Source: a virus
IMG/VR virus record: IMGVR_UViG_3300023180_000018
Direction: 5' to 3' (one strand)
Length of the DNA stretch: 64,000 nt
The first letter of the stretch is position 1. The number at the start of each line of letters is the position of its first letter. A program made the translations under genes and the position numbers. The notes under the pieces were generated by a model that had not been told where the DNA came from, ran no database searches, and saw only the letters and a program-made list of their open reading frames with translations. Positions 1-7,430 of this stretch are shown here, in pieces.

Positions 1-280
1 CAATTACAACAGTTCCTGTTGAATGTGAAGCACGACTTACGTTTAATTTATTGCCATAAGCTAAAAAGCTAGAAGCAGTAAAAAACGTTTCTGCGTTTAA
101 ATTCGAAGGCTTACCATAACGAGAAACGAGAGCGTCTTCTGAACTAATTAGCAATGATTTTTCTACAGGTCCCCAACGAAAAACACCACCAATAGCTGCA
201 TCGGTGGTTGCTACCGCTGGAATTACTGTAGTAAGATCAACCTCAGTTACATTAACGCCTGGGCTTAATTGAAAAGGCAT
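1..280 (-). CDS. gp18: Tail sheath protein, N-terminal part (truncated at window edge)
   Basis: Hand translation from ATG at 280: MPFQLSPGVNVTEVDLTTVIPAVATTDAAIGGVFRWGPVEK...RYGKP...FFTASSFLAYGNKL, the typical T4 gp18 N-terminus; follows gp17. Confidence 0.95.
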   Translation of the reverse strand, partial: MPFQLSPGVNVTEVDLTTVIPAVATTDAAIGGVFRWGPVEKSLLISSEDALVSRYGKPSNLNAETFFTASSFLAYGNKLNVSRASHSTGTVVI

Positions 281-335
281 ATTGTTTTTCTCCCTATAGG
301 CTTTGTATTCAATATTGAATTGGAATCATTATAGT

Positions 336-343
336 TATTTATA
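336..343 (-). promoter_or_regulatory. T4-type late promoter TATAAATA upstream of gp18
   Basis: tatttata on + strand = TATAAATA, the gp55-dependent consensus, in the gp17-gp18 gap. Confidence 0.85.
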
Positions 344-349
344 AAAATC

Positions 350-1993
350 TTATTTTCTTAAAAACTGATCAAAATCACTGACAGCATAAATAACTTCTTC
401 AATATATTCATCTCGCCCATCATCAATTATGCCGAATGGCACCAATTCATTCATAATTTGTTCGTTATTCATATCTCTAAGATGATTTATAGTATTTATA
501 TCGGTTAATTCTTTAAAATATTGTTGATTACTTAACCACGCAAATAAACCTAGGCACATTGTTAAGTCGTCATGATTCCCTGGTTCGGCCTCATAACTAC
601 TTCCTTTTTTACTAAAAGTAGATAGTTCTTTAATTGTTTCAAAATCACTTATAATTAATTGGTTTTGTTCTATTAATAATTTCAATAAAGAACACGCTAA
701 AGATTTAACAGCTTTTGTTGTTCTTACACCTTTATCCGCTTGCCCAGAAAATCCTGCAGATAATCTTTTACCACTTCTACCCATGTTTTCCGTAAATAAC
801 ATATTTTCATATTCTAAATCCTCGAATAAAGTTACCGATACTTGTTCACCTATATCATTAATTTCTACTAATACTTGTGCATCATTATAGTGTTTTGCTA
901 ATTGATAGATAATATCAGTAAAATCTCTTGGAGTAATCATATTATCTCTAAAAATACATACTTGCAAATATGGCATTTTAGTCACATCAATAATTTGGAA
1001 TGCTGAATAATCTAGTCCTTTTCCACGAGAAACATCGACAGTCATAACATAAGATCTTTGCGCTTTTGGAGATTGATACATTTTAACCCCGTGCGATTCA
1101 TGAATAGGATCTTTATATACTAATTCTTTAAGTTTCCATCCAGCAATTAATGTTCCAGAACTACCTAAAAATTCACACTCCATTTCTTGCGCAAATTTTT
1201 CTTCATCAAAATCCATAGCAGCAAGAGTTTCTTTTCGCCAGGCTGCGTCTCTTCCAGGAACATCATTCCATTTAACTTCAATAAATTTATATCCATTCCT
1301 TCCATCTTTTGCACCTTCACACGTTTTATAAAAATGATTTAAACCATTTGGTGTAGATGTTAATAATATCTTTGTAGTATCACCAGAAGAAATTGTTGGA
1401 AATACAGAAGCAAAAAATTCATCCCAATTTTCAACAAATGCTGTTTCGTCTATATAAAGGAAAGATACAGATTTACCACGAATAGCTGAAGAAGATGTAG
1501 CTGCAGCTATAATTTTAGAACCATTTTCAAATTCAACAGTTCCTTTATTCCATTCAACTACACCTTGTTGCATCCATTTTGGTAATGCTTCATACGCAAC
1601 TTTAATTCTTTCTAAAATTTCTCTCGCAGCATCACCCTTATTTGCTAATAAAGCGACCGTTTTATGCTCATTAAATAAAATATAATGCAATATTAAACAA
1701 ACAGCAGTAGTAGTTTTACCTGCCTGACGAGATGTAACTACTACTGTTCTTCTATTATTACTAGTAGTATCAATAATTTCACTTTGATAAGGATATAAAT
1801 CTATAGGTATTAATCCACGATCAACATGAACAATTTTGATGTATGTTTGTGAAAAATGAATTGGATCAGCAGCACATTTTAAAAATTCTTGGACCATTTC
1901 TTCGGTCCAATTAATGTTTACGCCTTTTCTTTTAAGATTTACATTTCCTAAATAGGATTTATAATCATCAATATCTTCAATTGTTTGTTGCAT
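350..1993 (-). CDS. gp17: Terminase large subunit
   Basis: YLGNVNLKR N-terminus, Walker A SRQAGKTT, Walker B LYIDETAF, TSTPNGLNHFY, C-terminal nuclease DVSRGKGLDYSAF and HDDL. Confidence 0.98.
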   Translation of the reverse strand: MQQTIEDIDDYKSYLGNVNLKRKGVNINWTEEMVQEFLKCAADPIHFSQTYIKIVHVDRGLIPIDLYPYQSEIIDTTSNNRRTVVVTSRQAGKTTTAVCLILHYILFNEHKTVALLANKGDAAREILERIKVAYEALPKWMQQGVVEWNKGTVEFENGSKIIAAATSSSAIRGKSVSFLYIDETAFVENWDEFFASVFPTISSGDTTKILLTSTPNGLNHFYKTCEGAKDGRNGYKFIEVKWNDVPGRDAAWRKETLAAMDFDEEKFAQEMECEFLGSSGTLIAGWKLKELVYKDPIHESHGVKMYQSPKAQRSYVMTVDVSRGKGLDYSAFQIIDVTKMPYLQVCIFRDNMITPRDFTDIIYQLAKHYNDAQVLVEINDIGEQVSVTLFEDLEYENMLFTENMGRSGKRLSAGFSGQADKGVRTTKAVKSLACSLLKLLIEQNQLIISDFETIKELSTFSKKGSSYEAEPGNHDDLTMCLGLFAWLSNQQYFKELTDINTINHLRDMNNEQIMNELVPFGIIDDGRDEYIEEVIYAVSDFDQFLRK

Positions 1994-2387
1994 CGTCTTT
2001 ATTCATTAATTTTAGTAAATCGCTGGTGCTTCCAACAAATAAATTATTATTAATTGTTCCTGCTATTTCTTCTGGTTTTAATAAATCTTTTTTCTTTTTT
2101 TGTATTTCTAATAAATCTTTATTTACATCAACCAAAGTTTTAATCATTTGAGCTAAAACTTCATATGAACGAGGGTGTTGAGATTGATCTGCAATAGACA
2201 TTAACTCATCCATTGCGCCATGTCCTTTCTCTATAATATCATATAAGTTTTGTCTAACGTATTTTAAATCTTGTTCTGCTTCATGATCTGTTTGAATAGA
2301 TGGTTTATAAGCTGTAGGTAATTGCGTATCATTTTCTATTTCAATAGGATTCATATTTAAAACATCACTAATTATATCTTTACTCAC
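1977..2387 (-). CDS. gp16: Terminase small subunit
   Basis: DLKYVRQNLYDIIEKG...HPRSYEVL...NNNLFVGSTSDL motifs of T4-like gp16; directly upstream of gp17. Confidence 0.93.
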   Translation of the reverse strand: MSKDIISDVLNMNPIEIENDTQLPTAYKPSIQTDHEAEQDLKYVRQNLYDIIEKGHGAMDELMSIADQSQHPRSYEVLAQMIKTLVDVNKDLLEIQKKKKDLLKPEEIAGTINNNLFVGSTSDLLKLMNKDDATNN

Positions 2388-3256
2388 TATTCAATGTCCT
2401 TAGGGTCTTGTATATCTACAATAAATCCATAATTGTCTTCCGATGAAATGTTATTGGCAGAAATACTTAATGCAGAATTAGAAGTTGGTTCACCGTTTGC
2501 AGTTAATCCTGGGCTGACATCAACAGAAGCTATTGCATTAACTAAAGATGAATCAATATCATTATATAATGATGAATCATATAATTCTGTATTTGCAACG
2601 TTAATAATTCCAGAATTTTTGATAGGACCAAAGAATTGTGCTTTCATAACAAAATTTAAAGTCCAAATAAGAGATCTTCTACTGTCATAATCTCCTTCAT
2701 ATACATCATCTTGAGAAACATCAGTTAAAACTAAAGGAACATCTAAAACAATATCAGGATCATTTATTAATTTAACCGTAGTATTCCATTCTGGAGTAAA
2801 ATATGGTAAAATTTGTTCAACAATTGCAGTGCCATCTTCTGTATTCTTACAAAATACAGAAAGTGAAAAATTTATATCGTATGGAACCGGATTGTATGTA
2901 TATTTTCTGCTAGTATCATCACTTGTAACATCTTTAACAATAAACCTATTAATAGTAGATAATTTTCTTTCTGGCGCATAATTCATTCCTACAATTTCAA
3001 ATCCTAAGCGAGGTAAAACTATAGCAACAGGCCTAGTCATAGGATCTTCATCACTTTGTGCACCAGTATAACCAGTTATTCCGCCAGTAATTCTTGATAA
3101 AAATTTATCACGGGGTCCATATGCTATAGGTATTTTTATAGATTGAATTACTTTACCATTATTATCTTTTCGATTAATCCAAAGATCATTAAATAGTGTG
3201 CCAAATAGAATAACATACTTTTTTATCATTTCGTGGTAAAAAGTTTGGCCAAACAT
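2387..3256 (-). CDS. gp15: Tail sheath stabilizer / tail terminator
   Basis: MFGQTFYHEMIKKYVILFGTLFND, IPIAYGP, QILPYFTPEW; synteny. Confidence 0.95.
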   Translation of the reverse strand: MFGQTFYHEMIKKYVILFGTLFNDLWINRKDNNGKVIQSIKIPIAYGPRDKFLSRITGGITGYTGAQSDEDPMTRPVAIVLPRLGFEIVGMNYAPERKLSTINRFIVKDVTSDDTSRKYTYNPVPYDINFSLSVFCKNTEDGTAIVEQILPYFTPEWNTTVKLINDPDIVLDVPLVLTDVSQDDVYEGDYDSRRSLIWTLNFVMKAQFFGPIKNSGIINVANTELYDSSLYNDIDSSLVNAIASVDVSPGLTANGEPTSNSALSISANNISSEDNYGFIVDIQDPKDIE

Positions 3257-3984
3257 TAAATATTACCTTCAGAAAATGGATTTGTTTCACTAAAATCAAT
3301 AATATTATCACCATCTGTTTCTAAAGTTACATTATCTGCAAAAGGATCAGTTGAAATAAATGATGTATTTGCGTTTTGTATTCTTCCCGTATCAACATCA
3401 ATTATAATATCACCATTTGCGTATAAATCACCCCGATCAAGAATTCCAGCATCTAATGAATATTGTTTTTGAATTGAATCTATTGCATCTAATCCTGTAC
3501 TCAATTCTTCATTACTATATTCAAATAATTCACAACGAATATCATATGTTTGTAACCCACCCATTTGATAAAATACTGCCTCATGCTCTACAAATTTAAC
3601 TTGATAAACACGATTTGTTAATGGTAAATAAATTAAATCGCCTTCTCTTGGTCTACTTTGTATTTCAATAGCACCAATTTCATTATTAAAAACCCTTTGT
3701 GCAATAGAGAACGTAATTTCATCTCTAATTTGAACACCAAATTTAGAAAGAAAATCACCCTCTCCTTCGAATCCTTCAATATTCTTAATATACATTTCAA
3801 CCAAATACGTATTAACATATCTAGAAATTCTATCTTCGTTAAATGTAGAATCAATTGCTACTAATTGCCGCGGAGAATAATAAACGTCGTGGCCATACAT
3901 TTTAATAGACTCGATAATTAAATCTTCTATTAAATTTTTTTCTGCATAACTATCAAAGTTATTAAAAAATACATTAGTAGCCAT
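3256..3984 (-). CDS. gp14: Neck protein
   Basis: LIIESIKMYGHDVYY, FEGEGDFLSKFG, RPREGDLIY, FSETNPF; synteny. Confidence 0.95.
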   Translation of the reverse strand: MATNVFFNNFDSYAEKNLIEDLIIESIKMYGHDVYYSPRQLVAIDSTFNEDRISRYVNTYLVEMYIKNIEGFEGEGDFLSKFGVQIRDEITFSIAQRVFNNEIGAIEIQSRPREGDLIYLPLTNRVYQVKFVEHEAVFYQMGGLQTYDIRCELFEYSNEELSTGLDAIDSIQKQYSLDAGILDRGDLYANGDIIIDVDTGRIQNANTSFISTDPFADNVTLETDGDNIIDFSETNPFSEGNI

Positions 3985-3990
3985 AACTGG

Positions 3991-4018
3991 TTGACATTTC
4001 CTGTTTTTTGCGTATAAT
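3991..4018 (+). promoter_or_regulatory. Consensus sigma70-type promoter, antisense to gp13
   Basis: TTGACA (3991-3996), 16 bp spacer, TATAAT (4013-4018) in the gp13/gp14 gap. Confidence 0.6.
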
Positions 4019-4038
4019 AGCTATTGAGCTAATAATAA

Positions 4039-4782
4039 TTATCCTCTCATATCCATTACTGGTAATGAGTAGTTATTAATCATTTGTTCTTCTAGTTTAG
4101 TAATTTCTGCTTGAGCATCATCGTACAGTTTAGCGCCATTAAAGGTTATACCGCCAGGCAATTGCATCCCTTCAAATTTTGTTAAATTAGAACCCCATTG
4201 TCTTTTAATTAATTGCGTAGTATAATGCTTAAGCCATCTGTCATTCCAAACATCTGTGTATGTATCTGGATCTACGATTTCGTAAGCTTCTACTAAAACA
4301 TATTTGTCTAATTCTAAAGCAGCCTCGCCTTTATCAATGTGTAATATATTTCTATGTCTATTATAACGTATAGGAGTTCTACCTACTAAAATTTCTTGAA
4401 CTAACGCAAGATGTTCCATTGACATGTAATAATCGATTAATCCAACATTAACTAATGTATATAAATCATTTAAAGCAATTTGATATCGTATATTAAATAA
4501 ATCACCAGCACTAGTTGCAGGATCACTCATTTCAAATATTTTTACAACTCCCATTATATTTTCCGGAAGAGTAATAGATTTATCATCAATGTTTTGCTGA
4601 GTTATTTGATGCTTATAATAAACTTTTGATGTTCCATCGAAATGATAATCATAGTAAAATCTTAAAGCTTCATCAATTCTATCATCTACTTGATCATCAT
4701 CTACATTAATTTCTATTACTGGCTTACCTAAAGCTCTTAAGCAATATTCTTTAAATTCAGATCTTGTAGTTGGATTAGCCAT
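4039..4782 (-). CDS. gp13: Neck protein (short form)
   Basis: EFKEYCLRALGKPVIEINVDDDQVDDRIDEAL...KRQWGSNLTKF.GMQLPGGITFNG. Confidence 0.95.
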   Translation of the reverse strand: MANPTTRSEFKEYCLRALGKPVIEINVDDDQVDDRIDEALRFYYDYHFDGTSKVYYKHQITQQNIDDKSITLPENIMGVVKIFEMSDPATSAGDLFNIRYQIALNDLYTLVNVGLIDYYMSMEHLALVQEILVGRTPIRYNRHRNILHIDKGEAALELDKYVLVEAYEIVDPDTYTDVWNDRWLKHYTTQLIKRQWGSNLTKFEGMQLPGGITFNGAKLYDDAQAEITKLEEQMINNYSLPVMDMRG

Positions 4783-4796
4783 TATTGTATCTCTAG

Positions 4797-5609
4797 TTAA
4801 AGTGTAATTTCATCCATGTTAACACTGCCATGTAAAGCTATAAATGCTAAAATTGTATCGTCACTTGTTGCAATAATTTCTTGTGAATTTGTTGGATCAT
4901 AATCAACGTATTGATTTATTGATACGTTTTCAGAATTTATAGTAAAAGAACCATTTAAACATACAATTCTACCACCAATTGCACCTGGAAATACTTTTGT
5001 GTTCATTGTTTCTGAAGAAGAAAGTTGCGCGCAATCCCACAGTTGAGTTGGAGTATCTAATGTCTGTAAGCTTGGAGGTACACCTATTTGCCAACACTCC
5101 CAGCCGCCTACTCCGGCTACTAGTTTACTTCCAGTATTTCGAAAATAAGATTCTGGATTTAAATTTAATCCATTTTCACACACTGTAGATTCAATTTGAT
5201 TTCCAGTATCATATTGAATGATAATATCTTCTTGTGAATTTAATTTTAAAGTGTGCGTTCCATTTCCCCTAATAATCCCTATATGATAACATGGGCACAA
5301 GATTTCAGGATTATACGAAGAATGATTTGTATATACGTCATCTATATTTAACTTCAATATAGGCGTTTTTCTAATCATATTTACGTCACTTATAGTGCTA
5401 GATAAGTGCATATTTTCTCTTAAATCAATCTCGGGATCATCTCCTGCACATAATATATAATGATTTTCACTTAAAACAGATTTTAATACTACTAAATTCC
5501 TCCAATATATCTGATGATCATCAACATCAAACATACCTTTTGTAACCGTTACACCCGGACCAAAAGCAATATTAGTGTGTGAATCGTAATTTATATTTCT
5601 AACTGTCAT
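4797..5609 (-). CDS. Hypothetical protein, possible cupin-like beta fold
   Basis: 270-aa ORF tightly coupled to neighbours; C-terminal RIVCLNGSFTIN...EIIATSDDTILAFI weakly cupin-like. ORF well supported, function unknown. Confidence 0.6.
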   Translation of the reverse strand: MTVRNINYDSHTNIAFGPGVTVTKGMFDVDDHQIYWRNLVVLKSVLSENHYILCAGDDPEIDLRENMHLSSTISDVNMIRKTPILKLNIDDVYTNHSSYNPEILCPCYHIGIIRGNGTHTLKLNSQEDIIIQYDTGNQIESTVCENGLNLNPESYFRNTGSKLVAGVGGWECWQIGVPPSLQTLDTPTQLWDCAQLSSSETMNTKVFPGAIGGRIVCLNGSFTINSENVSINQYVDYDPTNSQEIIATSDDTILAFIALHGSVNMDEITL

Positions 5610-5611
5610 TT

Positions 5612-6385
5612 TTAACCTGCGCTATTTCTAGATTTTAAACATCTACCATTGTTAATTGGTAAATATTTTTCATTTATATCCATTTTTAATTTTAGAATCA
5701 TATCTGATTCTTTTTTTGCAATTTGTTCAATGTTTCTAATATATTTATAATTCAAATGATCTGTGTACTCTAATAAACGATTAAAATTATATGTCCATGC
5801 TTCTGCAACAGTACATCTTCCAGTTTTTACAAATTTTCTATAATCATGACATACAGCACTTAATCCCTTTACGCCATAATTTAAACAGTTCTTAGCATCA
5901 AACGCATGATCTATTAAAGGATCTTCTTTATGTAAATAGTTTATTGGCATATCTGTTACTGCCACTTTACTTAAAAATCCGGAATCTTGTTCAGGAATAT
6001 AATTAAATAAGAATGGATTTAATATAAAAAATGATAAATCTGCTATTCCAGGATTTGCTTTTATTCTTAAATTATTATAATAACTTGCAAGATTTGAATC
6101 TTTTGAAAAAGTATATCTTTTATTTTTATAAAACGCAAAATTCGAATTGCAAATAGAATTATATTGTAAATTAATTAAATTTAGATCGCATATAATTCCA
6201 CTGGCCAAGGCAATAGTTGGTCTTGTACAATTTTTTAATACAGTATTAACTTTTTTATTATTTTCACATTGAATAATTGACCATTTCCAATCTGGAGTAT
6301 TTTTTTTCAAAGAATTAATAGTTAAAGGTAAAAGATCATTATCATTATTTAATATGATAACATCAAATTTTTGAATGTTGCTCAT
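5612..6385 (-). CDS. Hypothetical protein, possible glycosyltransferase-related fold
   Basis: Likely start MSNIQKF at 6385, overlapping the upstream gene; beta-alpha start VIIL...LTINSLKKN resembles GT-A enzymes but no clear DxD. Confidence 0.45.
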   Translation of the reverse strand: MSNIQKFDVIILNNDNDLLPLTINSLKKNTPDWKWSIIQCENNKKVNTVLKNCTRPTIALASGIICDLNLINLQYNSICNSNFAFYKNKRYTFSKDSNLASYYNNLRIKANPGIADLSFFILNPFLFNYIPEQDSGFLSKVAVTDMPINYLHKEDPLIDHAFDAKNCLNYGVKGLSAVCHDYRKFVKTGRCTVAEAWTYNFNRLLEYTDHLNYKYIRNIEQIAKKESDMILKLKMDINEKYLPINNGRCLKSRNSAG

Positions 6386-7274
6386 GTTCAAATTTATCCT
6401 CAAAATATTTAAAATAATTATAAATTCTTTCTTCTTGATTTTTACTATCAACTGAAATCAATCCGTTAAAATTACAAGAAAATATTGATTTCAAATCTTG
6501 TTGTATTTCTTTTTTCATTTCGTTTGGATTTTTTTTATCAAAATATATATGCTTATAAAAATTGGAATAAGTATATGATCCACGTTCTTTTCCAACGTAT
6601 GCTGTATCTAACCCTTTAATAAAGGCGATAAGGCCCATTTCAGTATTTTCACAAAATCCAACTTTATTACAATTAGCAAGAATTTCATGTCCGGACAATT
6701 CTTTATTGATAATGTTATTTTTTCCAAATTTATACTGTAGATGAGATAACATAGATTCAGGTGTTATAGGATGACACTTTATTTTAGCATTTTCACTTTT
6801 TATTAATTGCGTTATTTTATCTTCATCTACAATTTTATTGTAAATATTGTTGCCGGGTAAAAATATAACAAAATCGTTATAATCTTTATTTCGCGTAGGT
6901 CTCAATGAATATTTGTCGACATGTTTCTCATATAAAATGTTGAAAATATTTTCACCATCTTCATTAATTTTTGTCTTTTTACTTTCTTTAATTATTTCAG
7001 AATTTCTTAATCTAGATGAACATCTAATATATACAAATTTACCTAAACAATCTGTATAAAAATATCCAGAAATTTTATTATCATTTCGAGAGGAATAAGA
7101 AACATCATATTCTAATTTCGTTTTTCTTTCTTCAATTTCTTTAAATGGTAATTTTTCTCGTAATTTTGTTAATTCAACGTCATTACTAACAGATCTTAAC
7201 GCGGTACCAGATTTAAAAAAATGTGCAGATATATTTCCTAAATTGTCATCACTCGCTAGAAATTTTAGTGGCAT
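6363..7274 (-). CDS. Capsule-synthesis (KpsS/KpsC-like) glycosyltransferase-like protein
   Basis: FVIFLP...KIKCHP...HEILANCNKV...NTEMGLIAFIKG resembles the KxHP...LL...V...NSTxGLEAL..G pattern of KpsS/KpsC-type GT-B domains. Confidence 0.55.
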   Translation of the reverse strand: MPLKFLASDDNLGNISAHFFKSGTALRSVSNDVELTKLREKLPFKEIEERKTKLEYDVSYSSRNDNKISGYFYTDCLGKFVYIRCSSRLRNSEIIKESKKTKINEDGENIFNILYEKHVDKYSLRPTRNKDYNDFVIFLPGNNIYNKIVDEDKITQLIKSENAKIKCHPITPESMLSHLQYKFGKNNIINKELSGHEILANCNKVGFCENTEMGLIAFIKGLDTAYVGKERGSYTYSNFYKHIYFDKKNPNEMKKEIQQDLKSIFSCNFNGLISVDSKNQEERIYNYFKYFEDKFEHEQHSKI

Positions 7275-7419
7275 TTTTTAATTCCTCAATATTTTTTTCT
7301 AATGCTATAATATCTTTTTCAAATTCATTTAATCTATCATCAACTTTTCTAAAATGTTCCATAATGATTGTAATCATAACTTCAAATTTATTATCTAATG
7401 TTTCAAAACTTTTTTCCAT
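7249..7419 (-). CDS. Small coiled-coil protein (56 aa, not in ORF track)
   Basis: MEKSFETLDNKFEVMITIIMEHFRKVDDRLNEFEKDIIALEKNIEELKNATKISSE; fills the gap, heptad pattern. Confidence 0.75.
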   Translation of the reverse strand: MEKSFETLDNKFEVMITIIMEHFRKVDDRLNEFEKDIIALEKNIEELKNATKISSE

Positions 7420-7430
7420 AATAATTCACC

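Noticed and set aside
350-1993. Intein, intron or homing endonuclease in terminase or other core genes
   Set aside because: gp17, gp32, rnh, phoH and gp6 are of normal length and uninterrupted
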